Positions 40,137 to 50,239 of a DNA stretch of 64,000 bases are shown piece after piece. Each line of letters opens with the position of its first letter. Within the stretch, counting starts at the first letter, position 1. The stretch spans positions 1-64,000 of the forward strand of contig JBIKLL010000008.1 of assembly GCA_044359815.1 (NCBI GenBank). The letters are read 5' to 3'. This DNA is from Pseudobdellovibrionaceae bacterium. Lineage in GTDB: Bacteria; Bdellovibrionota; Bdellovibrionia; Bdellovibrionales; Bdellovibrionaceae. Below the pieces are notes generated by a model. It was given only the letters and a program-made list of their open reading frames with translations, did no database searches and was not told the DNA's origin. Both the position numbers and the translations under genes were made by a program.

Positions 40137-40499
40137 ATGGAGCTCACAATGGAATTTGAAACCGTAGAAGACAATATTCATTACGACGGGGTTAAAGACA
40201 TCAATGTCTTAGAAGTCAGCAAAAAGCTAAGTGAGCTTTTTTTGGTCGATGTTAGGCAGCCTGAAGAATTCACCGGGGATCTAGGACATATCCCAGGAGC
40301 TCAATTAATCGTTTTGGATACACTGGAAGACAATTTCGATAAAATTCCAAAGGATAAAACTGTGGTTTTTGTCTGCAGATCAGGGGGCCGATCAGCCAAA
40401 GCATCCGCCTTAGCCTTGAGCAAAGGGTATTCAAAAATTTATAACTTAAAAGGTGGCATGATTTTGTGGAATGAAATGCACCTGAAAACAGAAGTCTAA
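40137..40499 (+). CDS. Rhodanese-domain protein
   Basis: DVRQPEEF..GHIPGA, CRSGGRS, LKGGM..W. Confidence 0.92.
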   Translation: MELTMEFETVEDNIHYDGVKDINVLEVSKKLSELFLVDVRQPEEFTGDLGHIPGAQLIVLDTLEDNFDKIPKDKTVVFVCRSGGRSAKASALALSKGYSKIYNLKGGMILWNEMHLKTEV

Positions 40500-40500
40500 T

Positions 40501-41874
40501 ATGGTCGGCAAAGTTTACGTCAACAGAACAATAAATTTAAAACGAATCAGGCGCATTGGACTGGATATGGATCACACTTTGATCCGTTATCACACAGAGG
40601 AATTTGAACGGCTTTCCCATTCAATCATGAAGGAAAAGCTGGTCAAAAATAAAAATTACCCTGAAGCTGTCAAAAAAATTGCATTTGATTACAGTGTTGT
40701 GGTTCGCGGACTAGTGATTGATAAAAAACGTGGAAATTTGCTGAAACTGAACAGGCATTCAGCCATCAGAAACAGCTACCATGGATTAACACCTGTTGAC
40801 TTTAAGACTCAGCAAAAAACTTATAAAAGCACTTACATTGATTTGAGCGATGGCGAGTATCTGGCAGTGGATACGGCTTTTTCCCTGTCCAATGCCATGC
40901 TGTTTGCACAAATCGTTGAATTGAAAAAATCTAACCCCACAGCCTATCCCGATTTCACAGTTATTGCTGACGATGTTTTGTATGTTTTGGACGAAGCTCA
41001 TCGAGATGATTCATTAAAATCCATGGTTAAAAAAGATCTGGCAAAATATATCATTAAAGATCCCGAGGTTGTTAAGGGACTTGAAACTTATGTGCGACAC
41101 GGGAAAAAGGTTTTTATTTTAACCAATTCAGATTTTGCCTACACAAAATTGCTATTAGATTATGCGATCAATCCTTACTTGCAAGAGCATAAAAGCTGGC
41201 AGGATTTGTTTGAGTTCGTTATTACCTCGGCTCAGAAGCCCAGATTTTTTTATGACAATTTAAAATTTCTGCGGGTCAATCCTGACAATGGCACCATGGT
41301 TAATCAGGAAGATAAGCTGACACCAGGTGTTTATCAGGGTGGATGTGCCAGCACTTACACAAAAGATTTGGATTTAGATGCCGACGAAATTTTGTATATC
41401 GGCGATCATATTTACGGGGACATTCTGCGATTAAAGAAAGACTGTGGATGGCGAACCGCTATGGTTATTGAAGAGCTTGAAAATGAGGTTAACGCCAATA
41501 TCAAAACCGAACCCATAGATTTGGAAATTGATCAGCTGATGCAAAAGAAAGAGCCCATGGAGAGTAAGCTCACCGATCTGATGACTTTGAAAATAGAAAA
41601 TCCATCAGCCGTAAAAGAAAATCAGATTGATGAATTGCAAAAACAGATTGGCGAAATCGACGGTCAAATCAGCGTGTTGATCAAAAAGCAGCAAAGCCTG
41701 CATAACGAACGCTGGGGTGCCCTGATGCGAGCTGGGAATGAAGAAAGCTATTTTGCACACCAGGTAGATCGTTATGCTTGCGTCTATATGCCCAAGCTGA
41801 CTGATTTATTAAAATTTTCTCCAAGGTCATACTTCAGATCTCCGCGCCGCCCACTAGCCCACGAGATTAAATAA
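40501..41874 (+). CDS. HAD-IG 5'-nucleotidase (cN-II-like)
   Basis: DMDHTL, LTNS, AQKPRFF, YIGDHIYGDI. Confidence 0.9.
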   Translation: MVGKVYVNRTINLKRIRRIGLDMDHTLIRYHTEEFERLSHSIMKEKLVKNKNYPEAVKKIAFDYSVVVRGLVIDKKRGNLLKLNRHSAIRNSYHGLTPVDFKTQQKTYKSTYIDLSDGEYLAVDTAFSLSNAMLFAQIVELKKSNPTAYPDFTVIADDVLYVLDEAHRDDSLKSMVKKDLAKYIIKDPEVVKGLETYVRHGKKVFILTNSDFAYTKLLLDYAINPYLQEHKSWQDLFEFVITSAQKPRFFYDNLKFLRVNPDNGTMVNQEDKLTPGVYQGGCASTYTKDLDLDADEILYIGDHIYGDILRLKKDCGWRTAMVIEELENEVNANIKTEPIDLEIDQLMQKKEPMESKLTDLMTLKIENPSAVKENQIDELQKQIGEIDGQISVLIKKQQSLHNERWGALMRAGNEESYFAHQVDRYACVYMPKLTDLLKFSPRSYFRSPRRPLAHEIK

Positions 41875-41876
41875 CT

Positions 41877-41920
41877 GCTAAATCAGCGGAATTTTGATTT
41901 TTAAATTTTGCTGATTTAGC
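41877..41920. terminator. Hairpin between convergent genes, probable bidirectional terminator
   Basis: GCTAAATCAGC...GCTGATTTAGC inverted repeat. Confidence 0.6.
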
Positions 41921-41926
41921 GAAAAG

Positions 41927-42724
41927 CTATTTCCAGTCCTTCATTTGGTATTTATCAAGAAGCTTTTTGAGCTTGCCAGATTTTCTGAGGCTTTTGACTT
42001 CATCAGAAACTGCCTTTGCCAAGTCCTTGGCATCTTTCTGTTTTGGGCCAAAAGCTATAAACAGTTTTTGATGCTTTTTATCAGCCTGACCAGCTGAACG
42101 ATAGTTTGAAAAATTCAGACCCTTGCTGACCAGGAAATTTTTAAACACTCCAGGTGATTCAATCAATGCATCAATGCGTTTTTCATCCATCATCTTGATC
42201 AATTGATCCAGACCGATTTCTCCGCTGACGACAACAATCGATGGATTTTTTTTATTCACTATTTCCATAAATTTGTCGTCATAGGTGTAGCCATTAATAA
42301 CACCTAATTTTATGCCTTTTAATGAGTCCTCGTTTTTAAAAGTCCACTTTGAATCTTTCAGAGTGTAAATTTCGTAATTAGTCACGGCCTGAGCTTCCTG
42401 TGGGAAAATAAAGTCAGGCGCATCGCCTGTTGAAGCTCCAGCGATGGCTTCAAAATTTCCATTGCGAGTTTCTTCGATAGCTCGAGCCCAATTTATTGTC
42501 TGATAATCAAGGGTGTAGCCTTTTTTTGCCAATGCGCTTTTTGCGATTTCAATTATAATACCTTCTTTATCTGTACCTGGGTCGCAGTTAAAGGGACACC
42601 AAGTATCAGCGCGAACGCGAATGACCTTTGCCGCCCCCGCCGTGTTTGTAGTTGTCGAAGCTGTTTCAGCAGCAAATAAATTTATTGAAACAAGCAGAAT
42701 TATTAAACTGGCAATTGAATTCAA
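41927..42724 (-). CDS. Periplasmic solute-binding protein, family 3
   Basis: Signal peptide, DTWCPFNC, WARAI, LGVINGYTY, RIDA, SGKL..LLDKY. Confidence 0.85.
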   Translation of the reverse strand: MNSIASLIILLVSINLFAAETASTTTNTAGAAKVIRVRADTWCPFNCDPGTDKEGIIIEIAKSALAKKGYTLDYQTINWARAIEETRNGNFEAIAGASTGDAPDFIFPQEAQAVTNYEIYTLKDSKWTFKNEDSLKGIKLGVINGYTYDDKFMEIVNKKNPSIVVVSGEIGLDQLIKMMDEKRIDALIESPGVFKNFLVSKGLNFSNYRSAGQADKKHQKLFIAFGPKQKDAKDLAKAVSDEVKSLRKSGKLKKLLDKYQMKDWK

Positions 42725-42727
42725 TTT

Positions 42728-44224
42728 TTACCCCACTTTTGATGTAGGACTATTTTGATCCATTTTTTCTTTGAAAGGAATGAAAAATTCAAACTTTGTG
42801 TGCGGATTCCCATTGCAATAATACAGATCGCCACCATGGGACTTTATTATCCCATGCGAAATCGACAATCCCAATCCGGTGCCTTTACCAATTTCTTTTG
42901 TCGTAAAAAATGGCTGCATTAATTTTGTCAGATTTTCCCTGGGGATACCGCCACCGCTGTCCTCGACGGTAAAATAGACTTTTCCAGCTTTTTTAATGAT
43001 TTCTACTTTGATCCATTTCTCGTTCAGATTACTGACAGCATCCACAGCATTGTTGATCAAATTGATTAGAACTTGGGACAATTCAACCTCACGACCATAC
43101 ATATAATCTTCCAGCAGCGTATTATTAATTGTGAAATCCACATCGCCTTTTAGAATTTTTGAAAAAACCAGTTCATTAATGTCCCCTAAAAATTTACTGA
43201 TCTGGAAAAAGCTCATGGGATCGTTTGACCCATCTCGCGAAAATGTCCTCAGTCCCCTAACAATTCGGGTGATTCTTTGCACCATCGATTCAATTTTTTG
43301 CACTGAATCTTCGATTTGATTTTTTTCAATAATATCGGCTTGAATCAGATTTCTGATTTTGCGAGCTTTTCCATCAATGACAGTCAGCGGATTATTAATT
43401 TCATGCGCCACTCCTGCAGACAACTGACCCACTGCTGCCATTCTGCTGGCTTGCATAGTAATGGATTTTTGTGTCTCTAACTCGGCAGTTCTTTTGTCAA
43501 CCATCTGCTCCAGTGAATCTGCATAGTCCATTAATTTTTGGTCTCTTCTGAGAATTTCTTTTAAAGCGCTGTTATAAACCGTCGCAATTTTTTGCAGCTC
43601 AATCGAATCAAAACTGGGAGCAAAGATCGAATAATCCCCTTGCTGAGCCTTTTCCATAGAAGAAATTAAAGACTTAACTGGAGTTTCCAGATTGTGTTTT
43701 AGAATCAACGAAATTACTTTTGATAAAACGAACGATAGCGCCACAGCCACGCTGATTGTAATTGCAAAAATCTTTAAAAATTGTGACCAGAAATTCTGCT
43801 TTATTCCTGTGATTTGAAAAGTACCAATTGTTTTACCCTCGTAAACGATTGGACCTTCCTTGTTAAAATATCTGTGTTTAGGAACAGAATAATCCATCAT
43901 GTTTTTTTCGTACACCAAGCGCCCATCAGGCTGAATGACTTTGGCGGAAACAATGTGGTCATTCACATGAACAACCATGTTATCAACCATGAGTTTGATG
44001 GCTTTATTATTAAATGTCCAAAGGGGTTCAGAAACAGTGGTCGTTCCAATGTTGACGACTCTTTCGACTTCGGATTCCAAATAATCTTTACTGTCCAGGT
44101 ATTCGCCAGTCAAAAATACTACTGCAATAACTATTGCCGCTACCAAGGATAGCCCTGCTAACAAAAGGTTAATTTTGTATGAAATAGATTTATGCTTGCG
44201 CGATTCCTGAGGGGTTGCTTCCAT
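42728..44224 (-). CDS. Membrane sensor histidine kinase (2TM, HAMP, HisKA, HATPase)
   Basis: AGVAHEINNPL, NLINNAVDA, DSGGGI, FFTTKEIGKGTGLGL. Confidence 0.94.
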   Translation of the reverse strand: MEATPQESRKHKSISYKINLLLAGLSLVAAIVIAVVFLTGEYLDSKDYLESEVERVVNIGTTTVSEPLWTFNNKAIKLMVDNMVVHVNDHIVSAKVIQPDGRLVYEKNMMDYSVPKHRYFNKEGPIVYEGKTIGTFQITGIKQNFWSQFLKIFAITISVAVALSFVLSKVISLILKHNLETPVKSLISSMEKAQQGDYSIFAPSFDSIELQKIATVYNSALKEILRRDQKLMDYADSLEQMVDKRTAELETQKSITMQASRMAAVGQLSAGVAHEINNPLTVIDGKARKIRNLIQADIIEKNQIEDSVQKIESMVQRITRIVRGLRTFSRDGSNDPMSFFQISKFLGDINELVFSKILKGDVDFTINNTLLEDYMYGREVELSQVLINLINNAVDAVSNLNEKWIKVEIIKKAGKVYFTVEDSGGGIPRENLTKLMQPFFTTKEIGKGTGLGLSISHGIIKSHGGDLYYCNGNPHTKFEFFIPFKEKMDQNSPTSKVG

Positions 44225-44266
44225 TCAATAACTTTTCGAAATAAATGGGGTTTTTCTGAAGTCCTG

Positions 44267-44968
44267 CTAGGGGACTAGGGTGTTTTGCAAAATCAAATAT
44301 TGATTGTCATTTATTTTTTCAACCAGACCAACGACTGGGCCTGAAATCTTTAAAGCCTTACGATATTGCTTCCTGGAAATTTGTAGTATGCTACAACCTA
44401 AATCCATACCTTGGCCTAGATGCTGTTCAGACGTCCTGCACTTCCAAATCAAACGGTCTTCCATTTCTTTGACCGTTGAAAACCCCGTTTGAATAAAGCT
44501 CGCAAAGGGTACCTTCAATTGGGAAATCAGAGTCTCAGGTTTACCCAAAAAACCTTCGTGGCTGGGAATAAACATTAAAACCTTTTCCTTAATGGGTACC
44601 TGAAATTTGGCAATAATCTGATTGCGATCTGCGTACTCCGCCCCTTCAAATTGTCCAAAACTGGGTTCAACAACTAAATGATCAAAGGCGAAAGCCTCGG
44701 GGTGCAGCTTCACCACTCTGAGCCAAGAGTTAATCACTGCCGAGCTTTCAGTCCCAACAATGATTAAATTGTTTTCCCTAAATTCACTCAGCAATCTGAC
44801 TTGCGTGGCGTATATAATCTCCTCTGTATTGCTAAAAGCACTGAGCTTTATCACTCTTTCGGTACTGTAGTTATTGCCAGATACCACGACCAAAGCTAGG
44901 CCCAACAAAATCATGGCTGCCAATCCCAACAGATAGAAATACTTGCTTATGCTCACGGCTGACTCCAA
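44267..44968 (-). CDS. Hypothetical membrane-anchored protein
   Basis: N-terminal TM segment; 233 aa ORF. Confidence 0.6.
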   Translation of the reverse strand: MESAVSISKYFYLLGLAAMILLGLALVVVSGNNYSTERVIKLSAFSNTEEIIYATQVRLLSEFRENNLIIVGTESSAVINSWLRVVKLHPEAFAFDHLVVEPSFGQFEGAEYADRNQIIAKFQVPIKEKVLMFIPSHEGFLGKPETLISQLKVPFASFIQTGFSTVKEMEDRLIWKCRTSEQHLGQGMDLGCSILQISRKQYRKALKISGPVVGLVEKINDNQYLILQNTLVP

Positions 44969-45139
44969 AAACAGATAATTGTTTGCTCGAAGCTGAAAAA
45001 TGTTTTATTACTCTTAATGAAAGCTTTGATGTTTGTCACAAAGACTTTCAGTTTTGCGCGATTATATTATTTAAGTGTTTGTTAAAAATAATTAATCAGA
45101 CCAGATCCTACTAATTGTAAAGGAACAAGGGACAGGTAC

Positions 45140-45868
45140 TTGATGGCTATGAATCCTAAACTTAATTCTTCTTATTCATTTTCTTCAAAACCCTGTTTGT
45201 TCATTGGTAACGGCAAGCTTTCAAAACATTTTCAGCTTTTATTTAGCCAATTAAATCTGCCCTTTCGGGTTTGGAGTCATAAAAATTCTTTCGATGAGCT
45301 GCAGGCCATGGCGCCAGATTGTGAATGTGTTTTTATTTTGCTGAAGGATTCGATGATAGAGTCTTTTTATCAGCAGAATCTTAAAAGCCTTAATTTAAAG
45401 TGTTATCACTTTTCAGGATCTTTGAATATTGCGGATGTGATTGATTTTCATCCATTGATGACTTTTGGTGAAAACACCTATGAGCTCGATCAATATTTAA
45501 AAATTCCTTTTATCACTTCTAACGAATCAGAGAACTTGCCCTTTTTGCCCAATCGAATCATCCGTATTAAGCCCGAACAAAAAAGTCTGTACCATGCTAT
45601 GTGCGTTTTATCAGGAAATTTTTCGCAAATGCTTTTTACCCTAGCCGCAAGCAGACTGAATAAATTGGGAATCAATAATAACGATCTTAAAAATTATGTT
45701 TTTCAAAGTATTTCCAATGTTGAAAGCAATCCTTTACAGAATCTGACGGGACCTATTGTCAGAAAAGATCATCAGACAATACAAAAAAACATTTCAGCCC
45801 TTGAAAATCCAGAACATCAAAAACTGTACAAAACTTTTGTGGAGATTTATGAGCATTCAGCTTTTTAA
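45140..45868 (+). CDS. Rossmann-like/DUF2520 protein, probable PanG-type ketopantoate reductase
   Basis: IGNGKL, HFSGS, FHPLMTF, LYHA....GNF, LTGPIVR.D; first gene of the pan operon. Confidence 0.75.
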   Translation: MMAMNPKLNSSYSFSSKPCLFIGNGKLSKHFQLLFSQLNLPFRVWSHKNSFDELQAMAPDCECVFILLKDSMIESFYQQNLKSLNLKCYHFSGSLNIADVIDFHPLMTFGENTYELDQYLKIPFITSNESENLPFLPNRIIRIKPEQKSLYHAMCVLSGNFSQMLFTLAASRLNKLGINNNDLKNYVFQSISNVESNPLQNLTGPIVRKDHQTIQKNISALENPEHQKLYKTFVEIYEHSAF

Positions 45869-46634
45869 GAATAAAAAAATCGAAAAACAGAAAATTTCAA
45901 TGGTGACTTGCTATGATTATTCTTTTGCCGGAATCTTGAGCCAAACCAACATTGATTGCGTGCTGGTCGGAGATTCATTGGCCAATGTGATTCATGGGTT
46001 TGACCACACAACCCACGCAACAATGGAAATGATGGAATTGCACACTGCCGCAGTTAAAAGAGGAATTGGGTCAAAGTTTATAGTTTCAGATATGCCCTTT
46101 TTATCCAACCGCCTGGGTTTGGCCGAAGGGACCAAAAACGCTGGTCGGTTGATTAATGCTGGAGCCTCTTCTGTGAAAATCGAATGTGCGGATGGAAATT
46201 TGGATCTCATAAAACATTTGGTGGATTCAGGCATTCCCGTCATGGGGCATTTAGGATTAACACCTCAATCTGTACACCAATTGGGTGGATACAAAGTGCA
46301 GGGAAAAAGCAGTGCAGAATTCGAAAAAATTAAAAATGATTCATTACAATTGCAACAAGCAGGTTGTTTTGCACTGGTTCTGGAATGCGTTCCTGAAAAA
46401 TTGGCAGCCGACATAACTCAGTCTCTGCAAATCCCTACCATAGGCATTGGCGCTGGCAATGTGACCGACGGTCAGGTTTTAGTGTTACAGGATTTGCTTG
46501 GAATGGATGGTACTAAAAAAATGAAGTTTGTACGCAGGTTTGCCAATCTGGAACAGGAAATTTCTAAGGCTATAAATTTATTTGCACAAGAAACTTCTGA
46601 AAAGTCATTTCCAAACCAACAGGAGACTTTTTGA
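45849..46634 (+). CDS. panB: 3-methyl-2-oxobutanoate hydroxymethyltransferase
   Basis: TCYD, LVGDS, DMPF, GHLGLTPQS, IGIGAG, DGQVLV. Confidence 0.96.
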   Translation: MSIQLFKNKKIEKQKISMVTCYDYSFAGILSQTNIDCVLVGDSLANVIHGFDHTTHATMEMMELHTAAVKRGIGSKFIVSDMPFLSNRLGLAEGTKNAGRLINAGASSVKIECADGNLDLIKHLVDSGIPVMGHLGLTPQSVHQLGGYKVQGKSSAEFEKIKNDSLQLQQAGCFALVLECVPEKLAADITQSLQIPTIGIGAGNVTDGQVLVLQDLLGMDGTKKMKFVRRFANLEQEISKAINLFAQETSEKSFPNQQETF

Positions 46635-47390
46635 ATGACTGTTATTGATAGCGTTCAAAAGATGCAGCAAATATCAGCTGGATGGTCGCAGCACAAAGTT
46701 GGATTTGTTCCAACAATGGGAGCTCTGCACCAAGGACATAGGGCTTTGTTGGACAGAGCCAGATCAGAAAATGAAATCGTGGTCTTAAGTATTTTTGTAA
46801 ATCCAACTCAGTTTAATGATACTAAGGATTTCGAAAAATATCCTAAGACTTTGACCGCTGATCTGGAAATAGCAGCAGCTTCAAAAATTGATTTGGTGTT
46901 TTTACCGAACTCAATTCAGATGTATCCGGATCAATATCAATACAAAGTTTTAGAAAATAATCTAAGTCAGAAATTCTGTGGCGCCTTCAGGCCCGGTCAT
47001 TTTGAAGGGATGTTAACAGTTGTTATGAAATTGTTTAACATCGTCAGGCCCACCAGTGCGTATTTTGGCGAAAAAGATTTTCAACAATTGCTGTTAGTTA
47101 AAAAAATGACTGAAGCTTTTTTCATGCCCATAAATATTATCCCAGTGAAAACTGTCAGAGCAGAAAATGGATTGGCATTAAGTTCACGAAATTCACGCTT
47201 GACCGATGAAGGCTTAATACGTGCGGGCCAACTGAATCTGATCCTTAGGTCTGAAAATGATCTCAGAAAAATAAAATATCATCTTGCAAAACTGGGATTT
47301 GAGGTTGAGTACGTTCAAGATCTGGAAAATCGCAGACTAGCAGCAGTCTGGATTGATGGAGTGAGGTTGATTGACAATGTCGAAATCTAA
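46635..47390 (+). CDS. panC: Pantoate--beta-alanine ligase
   Basis: VPTMGALHQGH, FVNPTQF, RPGHF, FGEKD, LALSSRN, RLIDN. Confidence 0.96.
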   Translation: MTVIDSVQKMQQISAGWSQHKVGFVPTMGALHQGHRALLDRARSENEIVVLSIFVNPTQFNDTKDFEKYPKTLTADLEIAAASKIDLVFLPNSIQMYPDQYQYKVLENNLSQKFCGAFRPGHFEGMLTVVMKLFNIVRPTSAYFGEKDFQQLLLVKKMTEAFFMPINIIPVKTVRAENGLALSSRNSRLTDEGLIRAGQLNLILRSENDLRKIKYHLAKLGFEVEYVQDLENRRLAAVWIDGVRLIDNVEI

Positions 47391-48588
47391 AATCCTGATA
47401 GGCATGACGGGCTCAATTGCCTGTTATAAAATTTGTGAAGTTATTTCGGCTCTGGTTAAGGCCGGTCACCAGGTTAAAGTGGTCGCTACAAAGAGTACTT
47501 TAAACTTTGTTGGTGAAGCTACTTTGGAGGGTCTAACAGGGAATCCTGTGTTAACTGACACCTATCAATCAGGCAATATGATGGATCACATCCATGTTGT
47601 CAGATGGGCAGATTTGATTTTGGTAGCTCCGGCTACGGCAAATACGATTAATAAATTCAGTGCAGGTATTGGTGATGATTTGCTGTCGACTTGTTTTTTG
47701 GCTCACGATTTCAAGAAACCTTTTTTAATAGCACCTGCAATGAATCATCATATGTTTCACCACCCAACCACTCAGAAATCAATGCAGCAACTGGCAGGTA
47801 TGGGAATAACCGTATTGCCAGTTGATAACGGAAATTTAGCCTGCAATGAAATTGGAGATGGCAGATTGCTGGAGCCACAGTTGATCTTAAATTCAATCAA
47901 TCAAAGTCTTGGTGACAGTATTAGGACAATTGCATCTGACCGGATTCCGATTCTAATTACAGGTGGTGGCACCAGGGAACCTGTTGATGCCGTCAGATTT
48001 ATTGGCAATGTTTCAACAGGCAAGACCGCGGCCCAGCTGTCTGACAGTTTGGCTCAATTGGGATTTGATGTGACAGGCTTATTTTCAAAACATGCCGAGT
48101 TGCCAAAATCAGTTGAGAAAATAAATTATTTCGAAAGCCACCAGGATCTGAGCTCTCAGTTAAAAACTATTTTAGCGACCCAACATTTTGCAGCTGTGGT
48201 TCACATGGCAGCTGTCAGCGATTTTACTCTGGATCCTGCCCAGGGCAAATTAAGCTCTGGTAAAGATTTAAATCTGTCGCTGCGAAAGACCGAAAAAATA
48301 ATTGATCAGATAAAATCCTGGTCTCTGAATCCCAAAATTAAATTGATTGGTTTTAAACTAACAGCTGGTGCTGATGACCAAGCCATTTCTAAAAAAGTCA
48401 CTGACCTGTTTGCGCATTCAAAAGCTGACTTGATTATTCACAATGATTTGGATTTTATTTCGGACCAGAATCACAATTTTTTAGCATTGGATTCAGGTCT
48501 TAAACCCGCTTTCAAGGGTAACAGCAAACAGCAGCTGGGTGAGAAGCTGTCAGAATGGATACAAAAAAATACCGAGGTAATGATATGA
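47377..48588 (+). CDS. coaBC: Phosphopantothenoylcysteine decarboxylase/ligase
   Basis: [22 protein letters not shown]...[26 protein letters not shown]. Confidence 0.95.
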   Translation: MSKSKILIGMTGSIACYKICEVISALVKAGHQVKVVATKSTLNFVGEATLEGLTGNPVLTDTYQSGNMMDHIHVVRWADLILVAPATANTINKFSAGIGDDLLSTCFLAHDFKKPFLIAPAMNHHMFHHPTTQKSMQQLAGMGITVLPVDNGNLACNEIGDGRLLEPQLILNSINQSLGDSIRTIASDRIPILITGGGTREPVDAVRFIGNVSTGKTAAQLSDSLAQLGFDVTGLFSKHAELPKSVEKINYFESHQDLSSQLKTILATQHFAAVVHMAAVSDFTLDPAQGKLSSGKDLNLSLRKTEKIIDQIKSWSLNPKIKLIGFKLTAGADDQAISKKVTDLFAHSKADLIIHNDLDFISDQNHNFLALDSGLKPAFKGNSKQQLGEKLSEWIQKNTEVMI

Positions 48589-49391
48589 TACTGACACTTG
48601 ATGTTGGAAACAGCCAGATTTTTGGAGGCGTTTTTGACAAAGACAAATTAAAGCTCAAGTTCAGAAGGACTTCAAAACACGGAGCCTCATCTGACGAAAT
48701 TGGAATTTTTTTAAGATCTGTTTTGAAAGAAAACAATATCGAACCAACCAAGATTGAAAAAATCGCTGTTTGTTCTGTAGTTCCCGATGTGGTTCACTCG
48801 CTCAGAAATGCTTGCAAAAAATATTTTTCATTAAATCCATTTGTCCTGCAGGCCGGAGTCAAAACGGGGTTAAAAATTAATTACAGAAACCCTCTGGAGC
48901 TTGGTTCGGATCGTATTGCCAATTCAATGGCTGCATTGAATCTGTTTCCTAATCGAAATTTAATTATTGTGGATCTGGGCACGGCAACGACCTTTTGTGC
49001 TATTTCCAGTGATAAATCTTATTTGGGTGGTTCGATATTAGCTGGCCTGCGATTAAGTATGGAATCACTAGAGCGGGAGACTGCCAGACTGCCATCGGTG
49101 GAAATAATATCCCCAGATACAGCCTTAGGCAGATCGACAGTTGAAAACATTCAGTCGGGTTTATTTTTTGGACACGTAGGAGCTATCAGGGAACTGTCCG
49201 AAAGATTAGCCGCAGAATGCTTTCCCAAGGAAGAATACATCGTAATTGGTACTGGTGGATTTTCATCACTATTTGAATCTTACGAATTATTTGATGTTGT
49301 CGAACCTGATTTGATTTTAATCGGAATTTTGTATGCACATAAAATGAATGCTCAACCACAAAGGGAAAAATATGACGCTCACCTTGCTTAA
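48585..49391 (+). CDS. coaX: Type III pantothenate kinase
   Basis: LDVGNS, SVVP, LGSDR, DLGTATT, GG.I..G, TGG. Confidence 0.95.
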   Translation: MILTLDVGNSQIFGGVFDKDKLKLKFRRTSKHGASSDEIGIFLRSVLKENNIEPTKIEKIAVCSVVPDVVHSLRNACKKYFSLNPFVLQAGVKTGLKINYRNPLELGSDRIANSMAALNLFPNRNLIIVDLGTATTFCAISSDKSYLGGSILAGLRLSMESLERETARLPSVEIISPDTALGRSTVENIQSGLFFGHVGAIRELSERLAAECFPKEEYIVIGTGGFSSLFESYELFDVVEPDLILIGILYAHKMNAQPQREKYDAHLA

Positions 49392-49788
49392 ATCGAAAAT
49401 TCATAGAGCCACGGTCACAGAAGCTGATTTAAATTATGAGGGGTCCATTTCAATTTGCCCCGAACTGATCAAGGCAGCAAATCTAATCCCCTTCGAAAAG
49501 GTCGACATTTACAACTGCAATAATGGTGAACGATTTCACACTTATGTGATCAAAGGCAAACCAGGGCAAATTGGCTTAAACGGAGCTGCCGCTCGCAAGG
49601 TTATGCCTGGGGATTTAATAATTATTGTTTGTTATGCTGCCATGTCAGAGTCAGAAGCCAAAGTTTTCAAACCAAAGGTTGTTTTTGTAAACCAAGACAA
49701 TTCGATTAAAAATTTTGAAATCAAAGATCCAGACGCTAAGCCACTGGATTATTTTAAAACTGACAGAACTGATTCGCCAGAGCTGTAA
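49372..49788 (+). CDS. panD: Aspartate 1-decarboxylase
   Basis: [14 protein letters not shown] self-cleavage site, NGERF.TY, LNGAAAR. Confidence 0.96.
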   Translation: MTLTLLKSKIHRATVTEADLNYEGSISICPELIKAANLIPFEKVDIYNCNNGERFHTYVIKGKPGQIGLNGAAARKVMPGDLIIIVCYAAMSESEAKVFKPKVVFVNQDNSIKNFEIKDPDAKPLDYFKTDRTDSPEL

Positions 49789-50147
49789 TACCTTACAGTC
49801 AAAATATCTGATCCTGTGCCCTTAAGCTCAATCAGGACCTTACTCAGTTCCTGCTGGCAATCCTGCAGGGATGGTTTCAAGGTTCGCCTTAGAAATTTAT
49901 TGGGATAATCAAAATTAATTAACACTGTCATATAGTGCTTCCACATAAAATCCTCACAACGGATTAATCCTGATTCTCCGGCCACGGTTTCAAAGCGAAA
50001 GGTTTCGCCATTTAAAATTTCAGACGGCTGAACCAGAGAAGCCGTGTCCTTTTTTAATTGGAATTCTAATTTTAAATAGTGGTTATCCCGCGCAGTTACG
50101 TTAACCGATAAAAACATGATCATTGACGCCAGAATAAAATTTTTCAT
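49749..50147 (-). CDS. Hypothetical secreted protein
   Basis: Signal peptide, GGGGGA SD; 40-bp convergent overlap with panD. Confidence 0.65.
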   Translation of the reverse strand: MKNFILASMIMFLSVNVTARDNHYLKLEFQLKKDTASLVQPSEILNGETFRFETVAGESGLIRCEDFMWKHYMTVLINFDYPNKFLRRTLKPSLQDCQQELSKVLIELKGTGSDILTVRYYSSGESVLSVLK

Positions 50148-50165
50148 AAATCCCCCGATTTTTTT

Positions 50166-50201
50166 AGCTTCATAAGCTTCATAAGCTTCATAAGCTTCTT
50201 T
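50166..50201. repeat. 9-bp tandem repeat (AGCTTCATA x3 plus degenerate copy)
   Basis: AGCTTCATA AGCTTCATA AGCTTCATA AGCTTCTTT read directly. Confidence 0.85.
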
Positions 50202-50239
50202 AGCTTTTTAGCCGCATCACCTTTATCAGCCAAATTAAA

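Noticed and set aside
44233..44259. Possible sigma28 promoter for the histidine kinase (TCAG-N15-TTCGAAAA)
   Set aside because: Both boxes deviate too far from consensus to call.
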